The position numbers were made by a program, and so were the translations under genes. Below, one piece after another: positions 13,795 to 27,905 of a stretch of 64,000 nt of DNA; the first letter of the stretch is position 1, and every line of letters starts with the position of its first letter. Under the pieces are notes generated by a model. The model was not told where the DNA came from. It worked only from the letters and a program-made list of their open reading frames with translations, and searched no databases. The stretch is from the NCBI RefSeq assembly GCF_018977255.1, contig NW_024704743.1, forward strand, positions 1,116,001 through 1,180,000, read 5' to 3'. The stretch comes from Callorhinchus milii. Lineage: Eukaryota.

Positions 13795-14952
13795 AGGTGG
13801 AAGACCTTCTGGCTCTGAGGCTGCCTTGGCGGGTCGGGCTGACAGCCAAACCACAATAGGTTGGAAGGAACGGTTTTAGGGAACGCCGCACGTGTTTTGC
13901 CACGTGTTTATCCGGCGAATGAATGTCCCGTGTTCCCTGTGCGCTGAGCGGCCCAGCCCTGCCGGCAAACCAAAGAGCCACGGAAATCTATGCCACAGCA
14001 GGAGGTCGTTCGACCCATTCCATCCGCATCAGCGTTTCTTTGCTCCTTCAACAGAGTCACCCAAACCGGTCCCAATTCCCTGCCTCTCGCCCCCCCCCGT
14101 GTCCTCTTGATGCCCTCCACGTTGACGTAAAGTCCTCAGTCTCCCCGGCACGAAACACGCAGTCAATTCACTCGACAGTATATTCGACCGCGGAGGCGCT
14201 TTGAGCCGTCTCGATGACGCTGTATCAAACGCGGGGATTATTATTATTAACCTCTCCCCCCTCTCGACAGGCCATGTCCCCTTCCTCCCCCCCCCCCCCC
14301 CCCACCCCCCGTCCGTCCGCTCCACTCTCAGGGGGTCAGGCCTTTAGCCTTTCCACTCCCACCCTCTGGGACGCCACCCCGGAGCCCCTCTCAGCCTCGC
14401 CTTCGGGTGCAAACCCTCAACTGTCCCGCCCTCGGGACTGCCCTTCCGGCTATATAAGTGTTGCCGTTGTTGTCTACTGCCCTCTTTGAAGGCCGAGATG
14501 GATTCCGTCTCAATTGCTGACTGGGCGTTCCATACCCTCGACGGGCCATGCGTTGTGATAACGTTTCTCCTAACCTCCCCATTTAATAATAATAATAATA
14601 ATAATCCTTGCATTTGATATAGCGCTTTTCACGTCGGGAGAGGACGTCCCGAAGCGCTTCACGGAACGCACTGTAAAGTGAATTGACCGTATATTTGTGG
14701 GCGGACGCGGCGGCCGATTGCGCACAGCAATGTCCCACAAACAGTCGTGGATCGAAAATGACCAATTTATTATTGTTTCGGGTTTGGAGGGATTATTTAC
14801 TGGTTTACTAATTATTTTGACTCGATGCCCTCTGGTCACTGACTGACTCCCTGACAGTGGGAATAATTTCTCCCCGTTGACTCTGTCCAAACGCCTCGTC
14901 ATTTTAATGTCCTCTATCAGGTCACCCCTCAACCTTGTGTGTTCCAGCGAAT

Positions 14953-15420
14953 ACACACACGGAAACCACAGGCAGAGACATACATGCACACGGGCAGAGA
15001 GACACACGCACACACACAGGCAGAGAGACACACGCACACACACAGGCAGAGAGACACACGCACACACACAGGCAGAGAGATACATGCACACACACAGGCA
15101 GAGAGACACACACACACACACAGGCAGAGAGATACACGCACAAACACAGGCAGAGAGACACACGCACACACACAGGCAGAGAGACACACGCACACACACA
15201 GGCAGAGAGACACACGCACACACACAGGCAGAGAGACACACGCACACACACAGGCAGAGAGACACACACACACACACAGGCAGAGAGATACATGCACACG
15301 GGCAGAGAGACACACGCACACACACAGGCAGAGAGACACACTCACACACACAGGCAGAGAGACACACATACAAACACAGGCAGAGAGACACACACACGCA
15401 CACACACACACACACACAGG
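14953..15420. repeat. Minisatellite ACAGGCAGAGAGACACACGCACACAC
   Basis: About 26-bp units in tandem. Confidence 0.95.
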
Positions 15421-16988
15421 GTTAGCGATAGGTACAGACAGCGTTAGAGAGAGACGCACATAAACACAAACACACACACACACAACAACAAATTACATTT
15501 GTATAGCGCCTTTCGCGTCGGGAGGACATCCCAAGAGTTAAGAGACACACACACAGAGTTAGAGAGAGAAAGAGAGAGAGACACACATACACACACACAC
15601 ACACACACACAGCGTTAGAGAAACGCACACACACACAACACACACCAACACAGGGTTTGGGCTCCGACTTAAAACCAAAGTTGTTGGTGTTGGATTCAGC
15701 GAAGGCGCCGGTAGTGCGGAGATCAATATATTCCTTTTATATCGCGTGTAAGTCAGCCCGGCCTCCTCCTCCTATTCCTTTTCGACTATCGAACAGAGAG
15801 GCAGATCCCTGAGATTCTGCCATGAGCCTGAACGCCGTTCCCCTACAGACCTATATTTAGTACGAGGTTACGGACTGACTGACTGACTGCAGTGGAGACC
15901 GTTGCACATCTGTTACCCTTTTCTCCAAGTCCCTCGCTGCCCCGCGTTGCGGTTTCATATCGACATGACGCGCAGTCCAACAATCTCTCCGCACATCAGC
16001 TACAGATGACAACACTTCTCTCCCGCCCCAAACCCAGACCCGACCCGACCCGACCCGACCCGGTCTCTCCATTTTCCAGAGCAGCAATAACAAAAATAAT
16101 AATAATAATAATGATGATGATGATGATGATGATAATAATGATCCTGGCATTTGACACAGCGCCTCGTCACGTCGTCGAGACGTCTCGAAGCGCTTCACGG
16201 GACGGGACACGCTGCAGAGTGGATGGATCGACCTGCGTTATTTTGTGGGCGAAACGCGGCAGCCAATTGCGCACACAGCAGAGTCCCCGCAAACGGCCGT
16301 GGATCGAGCGACCAAATTCCTTAGGGTTAGGGTTAATTTCGTTATTACCCCCCACCCCCCCCACCCACCTTCCCCCGGAAAAGCGATCCGCCAATCGACT
16401 GACAACCTACTGACTGCTGAGTAAACAGAGGCGTATGTGTGTGTGCGTGTGTGTGTATGGAGTAAGGAAACTCGGCTAAGTTTCTCGCCCTGACCCGGGA
16501 ATCGAACCGGGTGGGTGGGGAGAGATGGGGGGCTACTGCGCGTGGGTAAGAGGAGGGTAAGAGCGGGGCGGTAGGGAGAAGAGACGAGTGGGGGGGACGG
16601 GGGGGGACAGGGGGGGCCGAGGGGTCCGTCAGACGAGGAGATACGAACACGATTCCGCATCGGAAATTGCCGTTGCTGTAACGGGTCGGGGTTGGGGTTG
16701 GGGTTGGGGGTGGGGGTGGGTGGTGGGTGGTGTGGGTGGAGGGGGAGTGGGCGGTGGGGGGAGTGGGTGGGGGGGGCTTGTGGCGGGATGGGGGAGAGGG
16801 AGAGACGGAAATTAACAAGGCACAGAGAAACCCAGCGCTGCCTGCGGTGTGAGTTGCTGACAGCTGGACCTGGGGACGGCGTTCTATTAATAGTCAGTGC
16901 GACTGTTTCACAATGAATTTGCCGAAGAGAATCAATTCCAGTCACACGCATCTGTGGCCGCCCGTCCCAATGGGCCGCGCGCGCTCTC

Positions 16989-17019
<31 letters not shown>

Positions 17020-20000
17020 GCTCGCTCGCTCGCTAGAACAAGGACCACCACCACCACCACCACCACGACAATAATTAATTGTTCCTCCGCAGCGCCTCGA
17101 GACGTCTCAAAGAGCTTCGCCGGACGGCTGTGCCGTTAAAGCGGGACCGACTCGCGCGTTTCGAGGGCGAAACGGGGCAAAGCAAACCTGCACGGAAGCC
17201 TCCCCGCCCCCCGCCTCACCCCCCCCCCCCACCCCGCCGCCACACAAACAGCCGCGAAGCATATTCTGCGAAGCGCTTTGAGAGACGCCTCGAAGGCGCG
17301 ATAACGCGCGGCTATATGGAGCACGAGGATCGTTAGTTATTGTACATTCTTCAACTGACTCTGGCTACGCTGCTCTGAATTCCACACTCCCCCCCCACCC
17401 ACCACTGCCCCAACCTCCCACCGCCCCAACCTCCCACCGCCCCAACCTCCCACCGCCCCAACCTCCCACCGCCCAGCGAAATGTTCTTCATTTCACTCCT
17501 AAACGGTTCAGCCACGAGTTGCAGACGAGGAACGATAACTTGGTCGCTCCGGCCCGCGGCTGTCCGCGGCCGTGCGCAAATCGGTTGCCGCGTTTCCGCC
17601 CACAAAATATACAGCCAATTCACCTTACAGTGTGTATATCCTGTGAAGAAGCCCCTTTGAGACGTCTCGATGACCCGATCAGGCGCTGGGTCAAATGCCA
17701 GGAGTATTATTATTAATATTATTACTTGATGACCTCGAGCCCTGAAATTCTCTCGTCAGAGGAAACAGCGGTTTGCAATTCCGCCGCTCAAATCCCCCTT
17801 CAGAATCGCATCCACCTAATCGTTACAGACGGCGTTGACGTTCGAAGCTGTTTCCCTTTCCAGACAAGAAAAGAAACGGCCCCACAGTCGAAACCGGATC
17901 CCGTTCGAAATTTTGCTCGGAAAATGCCGGGTCAAACGGAACGATCCCCTAAGCATCTCACGCGCTGAAATAAAAAAAAAATGAAAGGAGACCTGAAGGC
18001 CGGGACCCCGGGCAATTGCAAAACCCCGGGGAGCGAGTGAAGACGTTTCGCGAAGCCGAAGGGGAAAAGACTGAGACAATCTGAGCTCGAGTTGGGAGCC
18101 GCGTCGAGCAAACGTCAACGGAGCTTTATCGTAGCTGCCGCGAAATCCGCGACCCTCGGGGAGTGGGGTGGGGGGGGGGGGGGGGGTTCGATCTTAAACG
18201 ACGCGATCGATACCAACCGTGAGATAACACACAATAATCGCACTTAAACTTAAGACTACCCGCCCGGGAGCAGCCACTTAGCAATGGAGTTAACGTACGA
18301 GCGCACAAAGAACCAATCTCTGACTACCGCTCACTAACAGTCAGGGTATTTACCTTTGTCGTCATCGGGTAGAAAAATGGCCAACGCGAGCGCGCAATCG
18401 ATGTGACTGGGGCCTCACTTATGGTTCAATGGAAATCGTCCTCCGAGCGACGCCATCGGGAGGCAAACAGCGCACCTTCCTCTCCGCTCACAGAGAGAGA
18501 GAGCGAGAGAGAGAGTCAGTTGCCCCACCAGATTGTTGCGACCGATGCTCGAGTCAGACTCGGTGGCATCGGAAGTATCAAAGCCGTGAAAATGCATTTT
18601 AAAAAATTGCATTTAAAGGGTGTTACTCAATCAAACGAGTTCGACCGAGTCCCCCCCCCACCCCCACCCCCTCACACCCTCCCCGAGCGCAATTGGCAAT
18701 TACCAACTTTAACGCTGGCTGATGCTTTTTTAGCGCACAGCATAAACTTTACGGAACTTATTGTAAACGACGGACGGGCGCCGGGAACCGAGGGGTCGCC
18801 CGTGACAACTAGGTTCCCGCTTACGGCTCGGTAACGAGAGGCGTGCGGAGTAGGGAGACGTTGGGTTAGGTTTCTCCCCGGTACCGAGGCGAGCGCTCTG
18901 CCCACTGCACTACAGGACTCCCCCCCCCCCCCTCCAGATGCTCGTGATAAACCTTCCGTCTAATAATCCTTTCGTTTGAGACAGCACCTTTCAAATTGGG
19001 GGTGGGGGGGGGTTGGAGATGTCTCTCCCAATGTCCTGGTAAGATGGTTAGATAAGATAAGTCACTCTCCCGTTTAAGTCCATCCCCAGTGAAACGCTTT
19101 CAGACGCGTCGAAAAAAAACACCACCATAAGCTGCTGTTCCAAATGGAAGGGTTACTCTCGATGGGGTATATAGCACCTTTCACGTCAGGAAGATGTCTC
19201 AAAGCGCTTCGCAGGATTTACTGCGAAGTGCAGTGACTGTCTGCGTGTTTTTTAATGTGTGCGGGTTGGGGGGGGGGTGGGGAGGGGGGCGTTGGGGTGA
19301 ACAGTGACAAATGATGCTGCAAAAAAAGATAATAATAATAATAATCTTTGCATTCGACACAGCGCCTCATCGCGCCTTCGAGACGTCTAAAAAGCGCTTC
19401 ACGGGATGCGCTGGAGAGCGCAGCGGCTGTATGTTTTGCGGGCGAAATGGGAAGCGTAACTTCGGGGCGAATGGTTATTCCTGCGCTGATGGCAATGCTG
19501 TGCGCATGTGCCCATCTGTCACACCGTAGCGTCTCTCGTTCGCTCAGGCGGTCTGCGTGCGCGGCTCTGCGACTGTGGCGCTCGCGCGGGCGCGCGGGCG
19601 CGTGCGTGTGCGTGTGCGCGCGTATCAGCTTCGCTTTGTTCGGCATTCCTTCTCGCTGTGCCTTTTCGCTTCGGCAAGTCACGCACTTCAGCGCCAGATG
19701 GGGAAAAGGAGCGATGAATGAGTCGCGGGTCGTTTAAAGAGGATGTGGAACCAGGGGAAAGGGGGGGGGGGGGGGGGGAGAGGGAGATAGAAGGAGAACC
19801 TGTCATGAAATAAGCGTTTGGTGCAACTCCTTTCGTGTTGGGGGGGGGTGAGGACGTCGCAATGCGCTTCGCGGCGCAAAACTGTAAAGCGTAGTGACTG
19901 TGTCTTTGGTGGAGCCCTGCAGCTCAGCGGTCGGAGCGCTCGCTTCGCAAGCGAGAGGACCCGGGCACGATTCCCGGGCGGGGCGAAACCTCGGGCGGGT

Positions 20001-20720
20001 TTCCTCACTCCGCACGCCACGGCTTGCCCAGCGGTAAGTCGGAATCCAGCCGTTGTTGGTCGATTGGCGGATGGCTTTCCGGGCGTAATAATCCCCCAAT
20101 TTTTAAAAAAAGAAGTAATAAACTCGGTCACTCAATCCCCGGCTGTCTGCGGGGACGCTGCTGTGCGCGATTGGCTGGCGGGTTTCGCCCGCAAAAAATA
20201 CACAGTCGCTACACTTCACAGTGAGTCCTGCGAAGGGCTCTGAGACGTCTCGAAGACGACGCGATAAGGCGCCGGGTCGAATTATTATGATTATTATTAT
20301 TATTACTATTATTATTACAGACTCCGACACAGAGGAACATTGTGACAGAGTCCGCAGCGAAGGAGGAGAGAGGACAATTCTGCGCGACAGCCTGGCTCAG
20401 TGGTAGCGCCCGCGCTCTCTCTCTTTTTCTCTCTCTCCCCCGACACAAATGGTCATTCACTCCGCGGCCGTTTGTGGGACTCTGCGGGTGAGTAAACTTT
20501 GCCGACCGCGTTTCGGGCGGGAAATAAATCGTGACCGCCCTTCACGGCTACACCGCGCAGCGCCTTTGAGACGTCTCGACGGCGCGATACAGCCCCGTGT
20601 CACAACGCAAAGATTATTATATTAATATTATTATTATTATTATTATTAGAGAGAGAGAGAGAGAGAAATGGCATTGAACAGGAGCGAATCCGGACACTTG
20701 CTCTTTAAGCGGTCACTTAC

Positions 20721-21040
20721 CTTCACGGTTTTTGCGCGGGTGCGTGTGTGTGTAAAAAAAAAAATAGATGAACGTCGTTCGCCCGATTCCCCAGGTGGGT
20801 CTTCCGCCCTCGTGCCCTCCGCCCCCTTTCACCGTCGCCTCCGCCGTGCCCTCCTGCGCCTCGTCCGCATCGGAGCTTCCAGCTGCAAGAGGGGAGAAAG
20901 CGCGGCGTGAACCGGACTTGTGCGAAGGAACGGTCGGCGGTGCGGTCGGCGGTGCGGTGCGGTGCACAAGTCCAACTCCGCACCAGTCGCACAATGGAGA
21001 GTCTGAAATCTCCACCTCCGTAATGGCCTCATTGTTCCTC
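20721..21040 (-). promoter_or_regulatory. Probable GJC2 non-coding first exon/promoter with SOX motifs
   Basis: Strong donor AAG|GTAAGT at 20721/20720 in CpG-rich unique sequence. SOX-type ACAATG at 20991 and CATTGTT at 21030. Confidence 0.45.
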
Positions 21041-21195
21041 GGAAAAGAATCCAGGACTTTTTTTTGTGCTCTCTCTCTGTCTTTCTCTCTCTCTCTCGTT
21101 CTCTCTCTCTCTCTCTCTCTCTCTGTCTCCGTTTTTTTTTCCTGAATCGGGGGTTTTGTTCCCAATTCCATTGAAGAAAAGATTAAGACAGAGAG

Positions 21196-21230
<35 letters not shown>

Positions 21231-24200
21231 AAGAATTCAGATTCACGGCATCACGTGACTGCGCTCAAATCGTACCGCACGGGGATAGCAATTCCTCGAC
21301 CGCGACCCCCCACCACCCCCCCACGAGCCCACCCCCCACCCCCCACCCACCGCCCCCCACATTACTCCATCCCGGCCCGTCCTGTCCTCAAACCAGACAC
21401 GATCAGTTTACAACTGAACATTGGCTCCATTTCCTTTACAAACCCAACCCTCCATCTTCAGTCGGGGCTAAACTTCAGGCAAGTTTCCTTACTCCACACT
21501 CACGCACTCACACGCACTCACACACACGCTCACACGCACTCACACACGCGCGCACACACTCACACGCACTCACACACACACTCACACGCACTCACCCACA
21601 CGCACACGCACTCACGCACACTCATGCGCACGCTCACGCCACTATTCACTTCGCAGTAAGTAGGAACCCGGTTGTTGGTCGATTGGCGGATCGCTTTCCT
21701 GGGGATAATAATCCCTCTCCCCCCGCCCCCACCCCCCCCCGAAAAAATGTGGTCGCTCAACCCACGGCTGTTTGTGGGGACGCCGCTGCGTGCAATTCGC
21801 TGCCCCCGTTTTGCACCACAAAGCGCACAGTCACTAAAGGTTACAGTCTGTCCTGTGAGGCGCCTTGAGACCATCTCAACAGTGTGACACGGCGCTGTGT
21901 CAAACGCAAAAATTATCACTAATTGTTATTACTTTTATAATATCGAAGCTCCGAGTTGAGGTTAGGGATGTTTTGGTTTGGCCCAACCGGGTGCCTGACA
22001 CGAGCGGAAACCCCTTCACCGCGATTAAGACGTACCCAGGGGGTAACTGCTGGAATCTAAGCGCCTAAAACTGAATAGTTTGCCATCGAAAGCGCTCTCC
22101 CCGTCGCTTGTCCAGCGACGACCACCCTACCCGCCAGGACTTTGGCTTGTAGGGTTAACAGGAGCTTGACTGGATGACGGGGGATAAATGTGTACTTGTT
22201 CGCATCCCTCCCTCTCTTTCTCACTCTCTCTCACTCTCTCTCGCTCTCTCTGGGTCTCTCCACTCACTCACTCACTCACTCACTCAGTTTCGCGAAAGGG
22301 CAGAAAAACATTTCTTCGAAACCCCCACTCCCTCGCTGACACCAGCGATTTTGCCGCTGCTGGTTGGTCTCCTAAGTCCTGCCTACGAAGAAATGCAGGA
22401 AAAATGTGACCTTAACGTAAGCAGTGCTCACAAAGCTCTCCGGGTTCGTCCCAAACCCCCGACAGGAGCACAATGTGACGATTGATTGGGCCTCTCGGAA
22501 GCACAGAAATAAAACAGTCGCGAAATCTCACTCTTGTCCCTTGTCTTGGCTCCCTTCAACGGGCCAATCTCGACAGAGGCGGGTGGGCTGCCCTCTCTGT
22601 TCCCAACCGCTCAAACCCTGGCCGGGGGTCTCAAAACCACAGCGGGTGTGAGTTGTGGTCCGTCTGGTGTCAACCGCGGCACCAACAATTCCTAAGACCA
22701 GGACGGACGGTGCAGTCAGACCCCATTATATCACAGGGACTCACTGGGTGGGGTGTCAGCCTGTCTCAGCGGGTAGCTCTCTCTCGCCTCTGAGTCAAGC
22801 CCCCACCCTCCCAACCCCACCCTACCCCCCCCCCCACACACACACTCCCCACTTCGGGACTTGGAATCCCACAGTCTAAGCTGACGCTCCATTGCAGCGC
22901 TGGGGGAGGTGTGTGTGTGTGTGTGTTGCAGTGTCGGAGACGCAGTCCTTCGATTGAGACGTTAAAGCCGAGGTTCGGGTGGATATTGGTCAAAGTGGTG
23001 GTGGGGGGGTGGTGGTGTGGGCTGGGGCTTGATCCCCCCCAACCTTCTGACTCAGAGGCGAGGGAGGGCTGCCCACTGAGCCAGGCTGACAGCTTGTCCA
23101 ACAGTTTGTCCAGTGAGTAGGACAGCGTTGGGGTTTTCAAGAGGAAATCAACTACGTTGTGAGACGGTGGCGGAGATGGGGTTTGGGGTTTGGGGTTTGG
23201 GGTGGGGGGAAGGGAAGGGAATGGAGATAGCAAGTGATGGTATGTAGCAAATAGGGTGGAGCTGGTGGGGGGGGGGGGGGTGTTGTTTCATTGAAGGTGC
23301 CGTCCTTTGAATAAGATATTATCCCAAGTTCCCGACTGTGCCCTGTACCCTCCTCGTCGTCCATGCCATCAGTCACCCCCCACCCCCCTTTCCCTCCCCT
23401 CTCTTCTCCCCCCCCCTTGACCTCAGCTCGGGTCCGAAATGCTGTACACTGTCCAGGACCTTGGGACGTCCCCCGACGTGAAAGGCGCTGTACAAATATA
23501 ACCTTGTTGTTGTTGTTGTTGTTGTTCAGGTAGACATTAAAGATTTTGAGGTGCTATTCAAGAAGAGAAGGGAGTTTTTCTCTCTTTCTCTCTCTGTCTC
23601 TCTCTGTCTCTCTCTCGCTCTTTCGCTCTCTCTCTCCCAGTGTCCTGGCCAACAATTTCCCCAAATGCTTGTGGGACATTGCTGCGCTGCCACATTTCAC
23701 CTACAAATATAGTCGCAGTAAACACTGTGAAGCGCCTTTGGACTGTCCTCCCTGTGCGAAAGGCGCTGCACCAATCACAAGGATTATTCATTTAATTATG
23801 ATTAATTTTCTGACTCCGAATTGGCAGCAATGGGTTCAGAGTTGGGACGTGGACCTCACCCAATCTGAGATGACACGTCATCGCGCTGCTGTGTGTGTGG
23901 GGTGGGGGGCGGGGGGGGGGAATGCTGCACTATCGAGAGATGCTGTCCCTCGGAGTAGATGTCAAACTGAGGTCCCGTCTGCCTATTATTAAGCGATAAT
24001 GACAATAATAATCCTTGCCGTTGATACAGCGCCTTATCACGGCTTCGAGACGTCTCAAAGCGCTTCCACGGGATAAAGCAAATTGACTGGATGTTTTGTG
24101 GGCGGAACGGGTGCGATGGGGCCGCACAAAAATACCCAGTCAGTCAGTTCGCTTGACAGTATATTCCGTGAGGCGCTTTGAGACGTCTCGACGACGTGAT

Positions 24201-26330
24201 GATGAGGCGCTGCGTCGCACCCGACGATTGTTATCACTGCACGATCCGCCTGTCTGTCTGTCTGTCTGTCTATCCGCCCGTTACCTTTGCTGCACAAAAT
24301 GAATCCCCTTTCACCGTGAGGACGACGATATTATTTTTTTGGGGGGGGAGGGAAGAAGAGGGGATGGGAGGAGGGAAGGAAAGCAGTAACACAACTTGCA
24401 AACCCGGCACCACAGTACCCGTTAAAGCCGCAGACGCTGCTGCACGCGGCACCGGGTGCATCGGAGTCGAGGAGGGAAACGGACGTGAAATTCACACCCA
24501 AGCGATGCATCCCACAGAACGGGGGCAGAAACTTTGCGGTTAAAGGCTGGCTTTTACCTGGGTCACAGCGGGGAGACGCACAAGGCAGATACTCCCCCCG
24601 TCTCGCTCGGTCCGGCACCGCTATTTCGCCTGCGTGACTCGCCGGTCTTTCACTTCGCCCCCTCTCCATCTCCGTCCAAACGTCCGGCGTCCATCACACG
24701 CGTTCTTCTTTCCCCCTTTCTTGCTCCTTCTCTCTGCGCAGCCCCCCACCCCCTCACCACCACCAATTCCCCCAACTCCCCCCACCTCCCCCCCCCCCAC
24801 CACCCCCACCCACCACCCCCACCTCCCACCACCACCACCTCCACACCACCTCTTCACACCGCAAACAAAACTTGTCGGAGAGAGGCGGAGGGAGGGAGAA
24901 GAAAACAGAGAGAAGGTTAAGGCAAAAAAAAAACTCTTCCACCCCCACCCCCCCACCCCCTCACCCCCTCACCACCCCTTAAAATAAAAATCCCTGTCTT
25001 TTATCTTTCGGCAAATTAAAATCTCCACCGAAATCCGCAAACAACCAGGTCAAAAATAAAGCTCCCGCCGTACAATAACCGGCGAGAGACGAGAGTGTAA
25101 AAGGAACGTGTGTAGGAATCTATCCCCCCCCACCCCCTCTCCCCCCCTCTCTCTCTCACACACACACACACACACATTGATCGCAAAGCTGTGTGTTATT
25201 ATTAATGCTTCCACTAACTTTAAAATCCTCCCCCTTTTCTCCTCTCGGATTAGTTGCCGTGTCGTTTCCTCTGGGCTTAAGGGGGAGTCGATTCATCGGA
25301 GCAAAAAGCCTGTGACGGCAGTCCTGCTCCCAACTCCCTTGAGAGTATCACACTCTCCAAATAAAGTCACTGAATCATCGCCATCGACATAATGATACAG
25401 ACCGATACACAACTGCCTCAGGAAACAAGGACTCCTCGCGCCCTAAACATTCTCCACATGGGATAATGAACCCTCTTCCTGGCTTTCTGGCCACTCATCA
25501 TCCTCCCCATCATCATCATCATAATAATAATAATAATAATTAATAGTTTGGGACAGGGCATGTGCCAACGACTGGCAGGATGGCGGAAGGCGAACTCGGG
25601 CTTCTTTCGTCTTCTGTTCTTAAAGTCACAGCCCTTCACGTCGCCAATAAAGCCTACGTCCCCTCAGCATTGCTGTCCCCGTTAAAAATGCTTAACGAAA
25701 GCAATGTCCCTTCAACGTGGCTAATAAAGGCAATTTCCCTTTAAACTGCCAACGAAGATAGTGTCCCTTCAATCCGATTTATCTGAATGATGCCTGTGAT
25801 TCCTGGAGACGTACCGTCCTGAAACGGGGAAGGTATTGATTCACAGTGCGCAATACATTTACATTTATTTATTCGGTATTAATAACAAACAAACAAACAA
25901 ACAAACAAACGTTCAAACAAACAAACAAACAAGTAAAGAAATTAATAATCCTTGCTTTTGACCCGGCGCCTTATCGCGTCTTCGAGACGTCTCACTGACA
26001 CACTGCAAAGTGTAGTGACTGTGTGTTTTGCGGGCCAAACGCGGCAGCCGATCGCGCACAGCAGCGTCCCCGCACTCTCAAGCAGCCGTGGATTGAGTGA
26101 CCACATTTTAATTTTTGGGAGAGATTATTACCCCTCGGAAGCGGGTTCCCAATTACTGTTAGGGAACTTGCCGAAGGCTTCACCCCACCCGGGAATCGAA
26201 CCCGGGTCCTCTCGCTTGCGAGGCGAGCGCCTTAACCAATACACTGCGGGACTATCAGTTACCCCAAGTCTTGGCTCTCGCCATTGACTTAATAACACAT
26301 TAATACGTATAATTATTATATGATACAGGT

Positions 26331-26660
26331 GGAGTCCTGTAGCTCAGTGGTTAGAGCACTCGCTTTGCAAGTGAGAGACCTGAGTTCAATTCCAGGCAGA
26401 GGGCGAAACCTCGGGCAAGTTTCCTTACTCCACACAGAGCCTAATAATAATCCCTCCAAAACCAAAAACAATAATAAATTGGTCATTTTCAATCTACGAC
26501 TGTTTGTGGGACATTGCTGTGCGCAATTGGCTGCCGCGTTCGCCCACAAATATACAGTCAACTCACTTTACAGTGTGTTCTGTGAAGCGCTTCGGGACGT
26601 CCTCCCGACGTGAAAAGCGCTCTATCAAACGCGAGGATTATTATTATTATTATTACTATG
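26331..26660 (+). mobile_element. Full-length SINE: tRNA-Ala(TGC)-derived head, Deu-like body, L2-derived tail, (TTA)n end
   Basis: A box TAGCTCAGTGG (26340), anticodon arm CTCGC-TTTGCAA-GTGAG and B box GTTCAATTCC (26384). Body TGTTTGTGGGACATTGCTGTGCGCAATTGGCTGCCGCG. The tail is shared with the L2 element. Dozens of full or partial copies occur across the window. Confidence 0.9.
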
Positions 26661-27489
26661 CGATTATTATTATTATTATCATTATGATCATACGTATGAG
26701 AGTGGTGTGTGTGTGTGTGTGTGTGCATGTCGGGGGCCACACAGAGCAGCCAGTTTGCTTGCCCTGTAATTGTTCGCTGGCGAACAAAACCTGCCTTTAT
26801 CCAGCGTCGTTTCACGACCCAGAGCGCTGCGAAGGAAGGCCGTATAAAAGAGAAATTAGGCCCACGTCCCAGTCACTTGTCAGCACAGGCGCGACTTGAT
26901 CCACAAGAAGAAGCGATGCTTCAGTTTCCCCCCCCGGTCATGAGAGCTAAAACCTGCTGACAGAGCCGTGCCTGCCATTTCCACTCCGAGCCGTTCACAT
27001 TCCCAGCTGCGCGTCCGTCCCCACTCAATGCTGTTTTGTATTTGTTGTCCGTGCAAATGTTTTGCCGCGGACACCGATTGCTTTGTTCTGCGCGCGTCTC
27101 GGGTGTGCGCGCGCGCGCGGGTGTGGGTGCACGCGCGCGCGTGTGTTTGTGGGTGCGCGCGTTTGCGTGCGTGTGCGTCTGTGTGCGCGTGTGTGTGCAC
27201 GTGCGTGCGTGTGCCTGTGTGTGCGCGCGCGTGTGTATGCACGTGCGTGGGTGTGCGCGCGTGCATGTACCTGTGCACATGCACCCCCCCCCCCCCCCCC
27301 CACCCCCACACCACCACCACCCCCCCCTCCAACCGGCCGGATGCTGCGTTGGGGGGGGACGAGAGGCCGGAACCTGATGGGCAAAGTGGTCCTCCTCACC
27401 CCAACTGATCTCGTGAAACAATTTCTTGCGGATGCCCAAGGTCAACTCCGATCGAGCGAGGTCGGGCTGAGCAATACAATCCTCCTCAC

Positions 27490-27827
27490 GCACACAGTCA
27501 CGCAGTCACGCACACACACGCGCACACGCACAGTCACACACACAGCCACGCAGTCACACAACACACACACACACACAGTCACGCAGTCACGCAGTCACAC
27601 GCACACAGTCACGCAGTCACACACACACACACACACAGTCACGCAGTCACACACACACACACACACAGTTACGCAGTCACACACGCGCACAGTCACACAG
27701 TCACACACACAGTCACGCACACACACACACACAGTTACGCAGTCACACACACACACACACACAGTCACCAGTCACACCACAGTCACACAGTCCTCACACA
27801 CCACAGTCACCACCACACACACACAGT

Positions 27828-27872
<45 letters not shown>

Positions 27873-27905
27873 CACACAGTCACACACACACACACACACA
27901 CACAC
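27490..27905. repeat. (CA)n/CAGTCA compound microsatellite
   Basis: Direct inspection. Confidence 0.9.

Noticed and set aside
26331..26403. tRNA-Ala(TGC) gene
   Set aside because: It continues directly into a SINE body and tail found in many copies, so it is a SINE head, not a tRNA gene.
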